Positions 18,627 to 27,559 of a stretch of 64,000 nucleotides of DNA are shown in pieces. Each line of letters starts with the position of its first letter. Position 1 is the stretch's first letter. The DNA lies in assembly GCA_041649045.1 (NCBI GenBank), contig JBAZNV010000002.1, forward strand, positions 50,336 through 114,335, in the 5' to 3' direction. The DNA comes from Candidatus Pacearchaeota archaeon. Its GTDB lineage: Archaea > Nanobdellota > Nanobdellia > Pacearchaeales > GW2011-AR1. The notes under the pieces are model-generated. The model worked only from the letters and a program-made list of their open reading frames with translations, was not told the origin of the DNA and did no database searches. The position numbers and the translations under genes were made by a program.

Positions 18627-20585
18627 TTAATAACGGCTCCTTTTTTCTTCTTTGCTAAGTGGGGCTTTGTATTTGTATATATTTCTTATTTTCAAGATAA
18701 TAAATATCAATACAATAATCAATACAATAATCAATATTATAAATAGCCAATTAAATTGAAATGGGAATTCTGTTTCGCATTTGAAGGGACATGGCCCTCC
18801 GCAATCAACTCCTAACTCTCCCTGATTTCTTATCTTGTCCGAACAAGTCGGGCACGGACCACATGGCCCTCCGCAATCAACCAAAAGTTCGCATCTCCCA
18901 TCGTGGCAATTTTTTATTTTATCGTTGCAATTTGGGTTTTCCGTATAATGGCAGATTTGATATTCAAAGGGCTTCGGGATTTTAAAAATAGGATTAGTGC
19001 AATTATTTATATCGGAACAAGCTCTTATCTGAAAACCACAGGAACTAATATTGTATTTTTCTTGGGCGCAGATTTCTTTGGAATAATAGTAATCTTCCTC
19101 GGAAATTCCATTTATATCAAAAGATTTTTCAAGATTCTGGCAAACTTCCCAGTCTGGACAAACCCATGATTCAAAGCAATATTTTGATACTCCGCCGCCT
19201 CCCCCTCCGCCGCCTCCCGTTGAAGCTTCCGGTGCACATGCGACAATTCTAACAGATATATTCCATTCATGGGTCGCATTTAACAAGCCATCCGTTGCAA
19301 TAATCTTTATTGTATGATTTCCGGAAACGTCACACCCAAATATATAACTAAAATTATCAAAAGACATATTTTCATTATGCTCCTTTAGCTGGTTATCGAC
19401 ATACCAATCTATATCGGGAATCGTTCCATCAGGATCATAAGTTTCCACATAAAAAGAAGAAATATTTGTTCCTTCAGATGAAAAGTTTCCGGAAGGAACG
19501 TAGTAAGTTATTTCCGGAGGACGATTTTCGTCAGTAACAGTAATCGTGAAATCATCACACGCAGATTCTCTCCAATTTCCTCTGGGAAAACATAAACTTA
19601 TATTTTCATGAACAAAACTAATCCCTCGATCTTCAACGCAAACACGAACGGAATAAACTCCAATATGACTTGGTAGCGGGTTATAATCCATTATCCCGTA
19701 ATAATTGTCGATAGAAAATAAATCCTCATCATTCAAAAAACTTATGTTAAATCTTAATCTTCCGTCAAAAGAGTTTCCGTCTTCTATGTCATTCGCATCC
19801 ATTTGATGATAGAAATTCGAATCGTCTCCCGTGACCCAGACAGTTTGTGCCCCTATCCCGCTTAAACGAGGAGGATTATTAATCTCTATTACTGTAATAT
19901 TGGTAGTGGTGCTGTCGACACAACATGAATCACTATAAAAATCGTTCACAGAAACCATTTCGGTTCTGGTCCCAATATGATTTTTATTTAGTGTCCCTGA
20001 GAATATTTTGAAAAGACTTATATAATTACCAGACTTGCCCAAAAAAGAAGTGTAAAAAGGATTCTTTGGAGAAATATCTGAAAGAAGGGTGTCTTCATCC
20101 ACGTCACTTCCATTGAAGAAATATTCTAATACAGTTCCTTCACAGCTAAAAATTTCATCATCTATGTCACCTATAACCGGCGCCGTATTGGAAACGTTAA
20201 CATAAAAAATAACTTCTTTTGATGCCCAATTTCCCGTAGCCGTTCTTGCTTGTACTTTCAATTTATTTTCCCATCTCGATGCGTTCAGGCTGCTATTTGG
20301 AGTAAAAGAGAATTCGGAAACAGGTGTGGTCCCATGCCTTAAATCATAAAGCGAATATCTCCATTCAGTATAAGCAATATTGGAGCTTACATTCAAATCA
20401 ATAGGATATTCTCCTGGCTCGAAATTATAAGTCTCATTAAGAGGTGAATGAATGACAATTCTGGACCCATCCTCTATGGAAATATTTACATTGCCAGAAG
20501 TCGCCTTGCCGGTTATAGAAAAAGAATAGACCACAAAAAAGAAATTAACTAAAATTAGAACAATAAAAACCGTTTTCAGCTTCAT
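18627..20585 (-). CDS. Cell-surface protein with Ig/cadherin-like domains, Gly linker and DCGGPC Cys-rich repeats
   Basis: Signal/TM helix, NxAP/NxPP-bounded beta domains, poly-G linker, two DCGGPC repeats (21-nt identical DNA at 18789 and 18861), C-terminal TM. Confidence 0.8.
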   Translation of the reverse strand: MKLKTVFIVLILVNFFFVVYSFSITGKATSGNVNISIEDGSRIVIHSPLNETYNFEPGEYPIDLNVSSNIAYTEWRYSLYDLRHGTTPVSEFSFTPNSSLNASRWENKLKVQARTATGNWASKEVIFYVNVSNTAPVIGDIDDEIFSCEGTVLEYFFNGSDVDEDTLLSDISPKNPFYTSFLGKSGNYISLFKIFSGTLNKNHIGTRTEMVSVNDFYSDSCCVDSTTTNITVIEINNPPRLSGIGAQTVWVTGDDSNFYHQMDANDIEDGNSFDGRLRFNISFLNDEDLFSIDNYYGIMDYNPLPSHIGVYSVRVCVEDRGISFVHENISLCFPRGNWRESACDDFTITVTDENRPPEITYYVPSGNFSSEGTNISSFYVETYDPDGTIPDIDWYVDNQLKEHNENMSFDNFSYIFGCDVSGNHTIKIIATDGLLNATHEWNISVRIVACAPEASTGGGGGGGGGVSKYCFESWVCPDWEVCQNLEKSFDINGISEEDYYYSKEICAQEKYNISSCGFQIRACSDINNCTNPIFKIPKPFEYQICHYTENPNCNDKIKNCHDGRCELLVDCGGPCGPCPTCSDKIRNQGELGVDCGGPCPFKCETEFPFQFNWLFIILIIVLIIVLIFIILKIRNIYKYKAPLSKEEKRSRY

Positions 20586-20616
20586 GAAATAAAGATAGTC
20601 TTGATGTATAAAAAAC

Positions 20617-21705
20617 TTACCAAATTCTCCTTCTCTTTATTTTGTTTCTCTTTTTGATAAAAAAGTAAAAAACTAAAAAAAGAACAACTAAAATAATAGT
20701 ATAAAGATAAAATTCAATTTTTTCTTCTACGTTGAAAAATATTTTTTCAGTGTGACTTCTGCCCTCATAATTTAAAATCAAATCGGCCTCGACTCGTCCT
20801 CCTAATTTGGTGGAATCTATATAAATAGTCATGTTCTTTTTCTCCCATGGATCAAGCTCAATAAAAGGTGAAGAAAAATTATGCCCATGAAAAGAAATAT
20901 TCGCATATAATTTTTCTATTTTTTTGTTCCAAAGATTTTCAATTTCAAAATTAAATTCCTCAATTGGTGTTTTGTTTAAAGTTTTCTTATAATCATTTAC
21001 CTTTACAAATAATTCTCCAACTCTAAAAAAGGTTTCATCTCTCTCAAACGTTCCATCTTCATAATTAATCAGCGAAACAGCTCCGTATTCCCCCGGAGAA
21101 TTTATTCTCAATTCTTTTTTAAATTGATAATCTTGCAAAATCGGGATTTCCATTAAATCAAAATCTACGCTGGTTATTTTTTCATCATCCAAGAATATTT
21201 GCACGATTGGGCTTATTTTTATTGTTGAGTTTCCTAAGTTTTTGACATTTAGAAAAACAAAATTTGTTTCTTCGATATTCCCATCGGGGATGATTAATTT
21301 GGATTCAATATATTTACCAGGGTAGGGAACGAAAATATTTATTATAGCTCCGACATCAGATGAAATTCCAATCCCGCCTTCGCCTGGTAAAATTTGTTTC
21401 GCGCCTATTCTTATTTTATTTGACCCCGGATTTTCAATTTTTTCTGGTAATTTTATAGTTGCAGTTACATTCTCGCTTCCGAAAATTTTATACTTATTCA
21501 AGACAACATATTTAGAAAGTTCTCCCTCAACCGACAATTTCGAAATAACATTTTCATCAAATATAAATCTAAAATTAAAATCTTTTTCAATTCCAGCCTC
21601 AAAATTCACATCGTAACTTCCTGGGCTTACTCCCGAAACAGCAAAAACAGATTGTGTAAAAAATATAATTAAAACAAACACAAATCCCGCCTCTTTTTTC
21701 ATCAT
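20617..21705 (-). CDS. Hypothetical exported protein with C-terminal TM anchor
   Basis: Signal peptide, GVSPG, VPYPGKY, C-terminal TM plus basic tail. Confidence 0.7.
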   Translation of the reverse strand: MMKKEAGFVFVLIIFFTQSVFAVSGVSPGSYDVNFEAGIEKDFNFRFIFDENVISKLSVEGELSKYVVLNKYKIFGSENVTATIKLPEKIENPGSNKIRIGAKQILPGEGGIGISSDVGAIINIFVPYPGKYIESKLIIPDGNIEETNFVFLNVKNLGNSTIKISPIVQIFLDDEKITSVDFDLMEIPILQDYQFKKELRINSPGEYGAVSLINYEDGTFERDETFFRVGELFVKVNDYKKTLNKTPIEEFNFEIENLWNKKIEKLYANISFHGHNFSSPFIELDPWEKKNMTIYIDSTKLGGRVEADLILNYEGRSHTEKIFFNVEEKIEFYLYTIILVVLFLVFYFFIKKRNKIKRRRIW

Positions 21706-21745
21706 AAAAGATATCGCAATGGGTTTTTATTCATTTTGATATAAA

Positions 21746-21816
21746 TGACCCTGCCAAGAATCGAACTTGGGCCTTGTCGAAGTCAACGACACGTTCTGCC
21801 ACTAGACTACAAGGTC
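21746..21816 (-). tRNA. tRNA-Val(GAC), no encoded CCA
   Basis: Acceptor GACCTTG/CAGGGTC-A; anticodon arm TGTCG-TTGACTT-CGACA; T arm CCAAG-TTCGATT-CTTGG. Confidence 0.85.
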
Positions 21817-21876
21817 ATTAAATTTTAATTTAAATTAACTTTAAAAATTATCTGGTGACTTATTAAATTTAAAAAT

Positions 21877-22158
21877 CTAATGACTCATCTTCCCACCCTT
21901 TACCTTCCCCCAATTATTGTCGAATAAAACAATGTCAAAAAATTTTGGATCAAGTCCGGCAACGCTGCACATTTCTTCAAAAATTTTCTTCGGCAATAAT
22001 CTAAGTTCATTATAATAATTTTTCAGGGCAGAATATTTCACATCAAATCCAAATTGTATTAACCCTCTTAATGAGGGAGAATTAGTCTTGGAAATAATCA
22101 TATTCAAGAATTTTCTTTGTTCTCCCGTTGGAAATTTTACTCTCATGAGAACAACCAT
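21877..22158 (-). CDS. Small basic hypothetical protein
   Basis: 93-aa ORF with RVKFPTGEQRKFL...WGKVKGGK; possibly DNA-binding; function not recognised. Confidence 0.55.
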   Translation of the reverse strand: MVVLMRVKFPTGEQRKFLNMIISKTNSPSLRGLIQFGFDVKYSALKNYYNELRLLPKKIFEEMCSVAGLDPKFFDIVLFDNNWGKVKGGKMSH

Positions 22159-22243
22159 CTTTCACAATATAAAACTTTTTCCTTCTTTGTCTTGCACGTA
22201 AAATTCGATAGTATTTCACAAGGTAAATTTTTGTTTAAAATTA

Positions 22244-24442
22244 TTATTGATTTTCTGCCAGTCCTTTTCTTGACCTTATCTTCTGAATAACTTTTTGCTG
22301 TAATTCATTAGGTAATTTCTTGAATGTTTGACTAACGAGACTTGAAACGCCACGGCCTTCTGTCGCACTTCTTAAATCACTTGTCCATCCAATCATTTCC
22401 TGAACCGGGATTTCAGCCTTGATTATTACAGTAGATGCTTCTTGTTCTACATCAATTAAGTTTCCTCTTTTTGAAGATACCAACGATGTCACTGTTCCCA
22501 TAAAGCTATTTGGAGCTTCAATCTGATGAACCTGAACAGGCTCGAAAATTGCAGGCCCCGCATTTGCGAATGCTTCTTTTATTGCTTCTCGGACTGCTGG
22601 GTATACTTGAGCAGGACCTCGGTGAATCGCATCTTCATGAAGTTTCATGTCGACAACGCTTACTTTCATTTTAAGGCAAGGTTCTCTCGCCAATGGTCCC
22701 GCATCAACAACTTGCTCAAACGAATCAAGTAAAAGTTCTATGACCTCTCCAATCTGGACAATACCTTTTGTTTTATCGAGAAAAACACAACCTTTGTAAA
22801 TGTCTCTGTATTGTTGAGCCTCATCTCTTGAAATGCCAAGTCCGACAAGCGTTTCGTCAAGCGTTTTATCTTTTTTCTTGATTCTTCCGGATGGTAAAAG
22901 TTTGTCTGCAATCGCTTGACTAATAGAATCTTCAAGAGGCTCAACTGTCATGAAGAAATCATTGTGTTTGTTTGGAGATCGTCCCACAGCAGGTTGGGCA
23001 TTTGCCTTCGCCACGGATTCTCTAAATACAACAATCGGAGGACCCATTTGGATATCTAATCCTTTTTCAGTTTTTATTCTGTTTTCAATAATTTCAAGAT
23101 GCAGCTCCCCCATTCCCGAAATCAGTGATTCTCCCGTCTCGTCATTAATCTCAATTTTCAACGAAGGATCTTCCTTGCCGACTTGTCTTAATATTTCAAT
23201 TAATTTTGGCAGGTCCTGAGTTTTTTTTGCAGCAATGGATTTTGTGACGACAGGTTCAAACAAATGAGTGATTGCCTCAAAGGGTTCTATAGGATTAACA
23301 GATATAGTTTCTCCAACTTCCGATGCTATTCCGGCAATTGCAAAAACATTCCCTGCTGAAATTTCTTCAACCTGTTCGGGCTTTATCCCATCATACACCA
23401 AAACTTGCTGAATTCTTTGTTTCTTTCTTGCTAAATTCATATAAACTTCTTGTCCGACTTTGAGGGTTCCGCTAAAAAGTCTTCCTGCTGAAATTTCTTT
23501 TCCATAACGAGGGTCTATGACAATTTTTGTAATGACAAACGCCGGCTCGCCATTCGGATCACACGAAAGCAATTGTTTTCCTAATTCTGATTCCTTGTCT
23601 CCCCTCCAAATTCTCCCGATACGATATTTTTGCGCCTCCAAAGGACTCGGCAAATGTTTTACAACTACATCCATCATCGCATCAAAGAGCGAAGCATTTT
23701 TCCATACCCAGTCTTTTCTTTCTTCTTCAGATTTTGTTTCATCATAAATTTTGTAAATATCGCTGAATGTGATTCCTTTTTTTTTCATAAATGGGATTGT
23801 TAATGCCCAATTGTCTCTGGCCGATCCGAAAGCAACGCTTCCATCCATGACGCTTACCTGCCATTTCTGTTTAAAATCATTTTCTGCAATTTGTGCAACA
23901 AGGGTGTTGAAACTGTCAATAATTTTTTTAAATCTCATCTGCATTTGCTCTGGTCCGAGTTTCAATTCTTTGATAAGTCTATCTACCTTATTTATGAATA
24001 AAACCGGCTTTACCCTTTCTCTTAATGCCTGTCTCAAAACTGTTTCTGTTTGTGGCATTATTCCCTCTGATGCACAAACAAGAACTACTGTTCCGTCGAT
24101 AGCCCTCATAGCTCGCGTTACGTTTCCCGAAAAATCAACGTGACCAGGTGTATCAATTAAATTTACAAGATATTCTGTCCCAGCATATTCATGAACCATT
24201 GTAGCATTCGCAGCGTCAACAGTCATCAATCTCTCCTGTTCATCTGCATGTTGCCAAGTTTGCATCCCTGCATCAAGATCACCTGCATTTTTCGCTGCAA
24301 TTTTCCCAGCTGCCGCCAAAAGATTGTCGGTAAACGCCGTTTTCCCATGATGAATGTGCGCAGAAGTAGCGATGTTTCTAATATTAGCCTGATTTCTAAT
24401 AATTCTCTTTATCTTGTCAAAATTTTTTTCTTCCGTTGCCAT
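22244..24442 (-). CDS. fusA: Translation elongation factor 2 (aEF-2)
   Basis: NLIDTPGHVDF, NKVD, SGMGELHLE and diphthamide loop LHEDAIHRGPAQ; follows uS7. Confidence 0.97.
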   Translation of the reverse strand: MATEEKNFDKIKRIIRNQANIRNIATSAHIHHGKTAFTDNLLAAAGKIAAKNAGDLDAGMQTWQHADEQERLMTVDAANATMVHEYAGTEYLVNLIDTPGHVDFSGNVTRAMRAIDGTVVLVCASEGIMPQTETVLRQALRERVKPVLFINKVDRLIKELKLGPEQMQMRFKKIIDSFNTLVAQIAENDFKQKWQVSVMDGSVAFGSARDNWALTIPFMKKKGITFSDIYKIYDETKSEEERKDWVWKNASLFDAMMDVVVKHLPSPLEAQKYRIGRIWRGDKESELGKQLLSCDPNGEPAFVITKIVIDPRYGKEISAGRLFSGTLKVGQEVYMNLARKKQRIQQVLVYDGIKPEQVEEISAGNVFAIAGIASEVGETISVNPIEPFEAITHLFEPVVTKSIAAKKTQDLPKLIEILRQVGKEDPSLKIEINDETGESLISGMGELHLEIIENRIKTEKGLDIQMGPPIVVFRESVAKANAQPAVGRSPNKHNDFFMTVEPLEDSISQAIADKLLPSGRIKKKDKTLDETLVGLGISRDEAQQYRDIYKGCVFLDKTKGIVQIGEVIELLLDSFEQVVDAGPLAREPCLKMKVSVVDMKLHEDAIHRGPAQVYPAVREAIKEAFANAGPAIFEPVQVHQIEAPNSFMGTVTSLVSSKRGNLIDVEQEASTVIIKAEIPVQEMIGWTSDLRSATEGRGVSSLVSQTFKKLPNELQQKVIQKIRSRKGLAENQ

Positions 24443-24582
24443 TTGTTAAACAAATAGATTAGATAAATAAATTATCAAAAAATGCTTTATAAATATTTGC
24501 GTTATTAATCGACGTTTATTCGACAAATTTTATTTGCAGGTTTTTATACAAATTCTTTTAAATTCTCACATTAGAGATTTTT

Positions 24583-25386
24583 ATGAACAAATATATCTCT
24601 CAATTAATGAGAAAGGCAATCTATTTTGCACTCCCATTGGTTTTCTGTTCATGCGCCAACAATGGCTCATCCGACTTAAAGCCTTCTTTGCTCGAAAGAA
24701 TTGTTACAAAAGTTTCTCAGTCTGAACCGCCGCAAATTGATGAATATCCCTCGGGTTATCAACGGGCATTGAATGATATAAGCACAAAAGAAGTTAATGA
24801 ACCCGATAATTTTATGGACTTATTCTATCTGGAAGCATCGCAGGAAAATATTTATGGGGAGGATATAGATGATCCTCATTATGCCAAGGGATTAAAGCTG
24901 CCTCAAAAAATTTGCGAAGAAGCATTTAAAGATTCTGCCGAGGAAATGGTAAAAGATTATTTTAAAGGTTCTGCAGCTGAATCCACTTTCAAAAAAATAT
25001 CAGAAGCAGAGTCAGATTGGGGGAATATTTCTTTTAAACCAGGGTTATATCATGGTGAGTTATATCTAAAAGGGTTGTTTGAACTAAAGGATTTAAAATT
25101 ATTTTCAAAATCATTCGGAAAATTTGAAGCAGAAATCGGGACACTTGAATCAAGATTAAGATTTGTAAAGCCATTCGGTGGATTCCAATTTATCGCGGAC
25201 TATCAGGTAAAAAACGATCACGAAGGTTTTATATTTGGGATAAGAAAAACAAAACGTAGCAAAAATTTTACTTCTGACTTAAACATATTCGCAGGACATG
25301 GAAGGTCAAGATACTCATTTGAAGAAAAAAGAGACTTCTCAGATTCGGATTTTTCTTTCGTTGCCTTTTATACTTTAGGATTTTAG
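24583..25386 (+). CDS. Orphan putative lipoprotein inserted antisense between uS7 and EF-2
   Basis: 267-aa ORF; lipobox-like ALPLVFCSC; amphipathic beta-strand C-terminus ending in F. Confidence 0.65.
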   Translation: MNKYISQLMRKAIYFALPLVFCSCANNGSSDLKPSLLERIVTKVSQSEPPQIDEYPSGYQRALNDISTKEVNEPDNFMDLFYLEASQENIYGEDIDDPHYAKGLKLPQKICEEAFKDSAEEMVKDYFKGSAAESTFKKISEAESDWGNISFKPGLYHGELYLKGLFELKDLKLFSKSFGKFEAEIGTLESRLRFVKPFGGFQFIADYQVKNDHEGFIFGIRKTKRSKNFTSDLNIFAGHGRSRYSFEEKRDFSDSDFSFVAFYTLGF

Positions 25387-25406
25387 TCTTGGGCGTGTCT
25401 TATAAA

Positions 25407-26003
25407 TTACCTCGCTGCATCAGCAGCTTTTTCAGACTCATTCTTTTTAGAAACTGCGTAACTTTCTGATGAATTTTCGGCGGCGGACATTATTTCTTTT
25501 GCAAGTGATTCAGTTATTGTGGCTTTTTTATTAAATGCTTTGTCATAAGCGCCGTTGACTATATATCTTAAAACTAAATTTATTCTTCTTCGTGGTGAAA
25601 TATCAACGGCCTGAGGATACCTCGCTCCACCATATTCAATTGCAGTTACCTCATCTCTTGGCGCACCATTTTCAATTGCTTTGACAAGAATTTTCAAGGG
25701 ATTTTCCCCTGTTTTTTCCTGAATAATTTTCAGGGCGTCAATTAAAATTTTTGTGCACTTGCCCTGTTTCCCTGTAATCCAACCAGTTATGATTCTGTGT
25801 TTTTTACCTCGTGAACCCGGAACCTGCAAAAGATTAATCAACCTTTCGATAATATTCACGCCCGATTTTGTTGGATCCCACTTTATTCTTCCATGCGACT
25901 TCAACATTAACTTTGAATTTAGATTTATTACCTTTTTCAATCCGGGATCTTCGACTTTAACCTCACTTGCATCAAACAACCCGAAAATTTTCATCTGCAT
26001 CAT
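25407..26003 (-). CDS. rps7: 30S ribosomal protein uS7
   Basis: NIIERLIN, AIENGAPRDE, YGGARYPQAVDISPRRR. Confidence 0.95.
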   Translation of the reverse strand: MMQMKIFGLFDASEVKVEDPGLKKVINLNSKLMLKSHGRIKWDPTKSGVNIIERLINLLQVPGSRGKKHRIITGWITGKQGKCTKILIDALKIIQEKTGENPLKILVKAIENGAPRDEVTAIEYGGARYPQAVDISPRRRINLVLRYIVNGAYDKAFNKKATITESLAKEIMSAAENSSESYAVSKKNESEKAADAAR

Positions 26004-26004
26004 C

Positions 26005-26307
26005 TTATCGTTCTCCTACCATAAAATTATCATTTAATGTTTCAATAATATAATCATCTCCCGGTTCACCACCAAGATCAAGAATTATACTTTCAGACAT
26101 TCTTGAATCTGGATTAGTTCTTGTGACCATAGCTGATAGCCCTTCGGTTCTATCCATAGAGTATTCGTAAAATAAAAAAGTCCCATCAAGCAATCTTGTT
26201 GCTCCAAGATAATTCTGTAACCTATCATCCTTTTTGTCTAAACTATTTATATCTTTAAATCCAACAACCTCTCTTCTTCCTCCCAAATAAGCATCTCTTT
26301 CGCCCAT
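26005..26307 (-). CDS. Orphan hypothetical protein between uS12 and uS7
   Basis: ATG 26307 lies 1 nt after the rps12 stop and its stop lies 1 nt before the rps7 ATG; 100 aa. Confidence 0.6.
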   Translation of the reverse strand: MGERDAYLGGRREVVGFKDINSLDKKDDRLQNYLGATRLLDGTFLFYEYSMDRTEGLSAMVTRTNPDSRMSESIILDLGGEPGDDYIIETLNDNFMVGER

Positions 26308-26308
26308 T

Positions 26309-26731
26309 TTATCTTCTACCCTTTTCGATCTTGCCTTGCCATAATCTATCAAGAGGCTGATCGTTTACTTTAATTATTTGGAATCTAACTCCCGATAAGT
26401 CGCCCTTTGTTCTGCCCTGTTTCCCACCAATTCTTTCAATTACGACTTCATCGTGTTCATCGACAAATTTTTGCGCTAAGTTTCCCGGGATGAATGCAGT
26501 AACTTCCTTGCCTGTTTTTATGAGTTGAACTCTGCAACACTTTCTCATTGCTGAGTTTGGCTGCTTCGCTTCTTTCTGAACCTTTTTTGTCACAATCCCT
26601 TTGGCTTGTGAACTTCGTCCGATAGGATCATATTTTAAACTAATTCCAAGCCTTTTTTTCTTATGAGGCAACTTGTTATCTCTAAATTTAGTTCTTGTTT
26701 TCTTGAGTTTTCTTGCATTCATCAATCCCAT
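26309..26731 (-). CDS. rps12: 30S ribosomal protein uS12
   Basis: EAKQPNSAMRKC, VTAFIPG, GDLSGVRF. Confidence 0.97.
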   Translation of the reverse strand: MGLMNARKLKKTRTKFRDNKLPHKKKRLGISLKYDPIGRSSQAKGIVTKKVQKEAKQPNSAMRKCCRVQLIKTGKEVTAFIPGNLAQKFVDEHDEVVIERIGGKQGRTKGDLSGVRFQIIKVNDQPLDRLWQGKIEKGRR

Positions 26732-26858
26732 GTATAGATTAAGTGAAAAATTGCTTTATAAAGTTTATTATATATTTGCTGTCGGAAATTAAAATTTTAT
26801 TTTATTAACGGTTTGCAGCAAGATTTTATTATCACAAATAATTATTAAAAGAATTTAT

Positions 26859-27284
26859 CTACGCAATTTTTAATTTTGTTAACCCAAAATAATTCTTTAA
26901 AACATCTGAAAGTTCCTTTTCTCTTGTGCGATTCCTCCCGATAAGAGCAGCCTTACTTTGCCTTCCTGCATTTATCGTTATGGAACTATCTTTTACTTCA
27001 ATGCTGTTAAATTCTAATGGTTCAACAACAGAACCAACAAACTTCGCAATTCCTTCCTTGTTGTCTTTTGCGGGCATTGCGACAATCTTTATTTTTTTTC
27101 TCAAAATGTCTCTTAATTTTTTTACATTTGTTGCATCTCTTCCTATTGCCTGAGAAACCTGGGCGGATGGAACAGCAAAAACGATTTGTCCGTTATAAAC
27201 AAAACAATTTTTAGTTGAGACATTCGAAATTCTTGAGAACAAATTAATGTATCTCATCAGCTGCATATCTATGACGGTTACCAT
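26859..27284 (-). CDS. nusA: Archaeal NusA (KH domains)
   Basis: MRYINLF, AIGRD and LIGRN KH motifs; position in the RNAP cluster. Confidence 0.9.
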   Translation of the reverse strand: MVTVIDMQLMRYINLFSRISNVSTKNCFVYNGQIVFAVPSAQVSQAIGRDATNVKKLRDILRKKIKIVAMPAKDNKEGIAKFVGSVVEPLEFNSIEVKDSSITINAGRQSKAALIGRNRTREKELSDVLKNYFGLTKLKIA

Positions 27285-27285
27285 C

Positions 27286-27522
27286 TTATTTTATCGAAAA
27301 AACTTCGCATTCAAAATCAAGATTTAATTCCCGACTTATGTCTGCTTTAGGTTTTAAAACAACGAATTCTATACCTGCCTTTTCAAGTTTTTCAATTGTT
27401 TCATTTCTTGTGTCTTTGGCGATGAAAACATTAGAGATTTTTTTAGCATTTTTAATTGCCTGACGAATTCCAAAATAAATTTTCTTTTTTTCGATTGCTT
27501 CTTTTATTTCTTTTATACTCAT
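27286..27522 (-). CDS. rpl30e: Ribosomal protein eL30-like (L7Ae family), reduced
   Basis: KIYFGIRQAIK...VFIAKD; canonical position between rpoA and nusA. Confidence 0.75.
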   Translation of the reverse strand: MSIKEIKEAIEKKKIYFGIRQAIKNAKKISNVFIAKDTRNETIEKLEKAGIEFVVLKPKADISRELNLDFECEVFSIK

Positions 27523-27559
27523 CTTATTTTATTAAAAAATCTTTATTTAAATTTTGCTC

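Noticed and set aside
26308..26352. Upstream start for the orphan between rps12 and rps7
   Set aside because: It lies inside rps12; ATG 26307, just after the rps12 stop, is more plausible.
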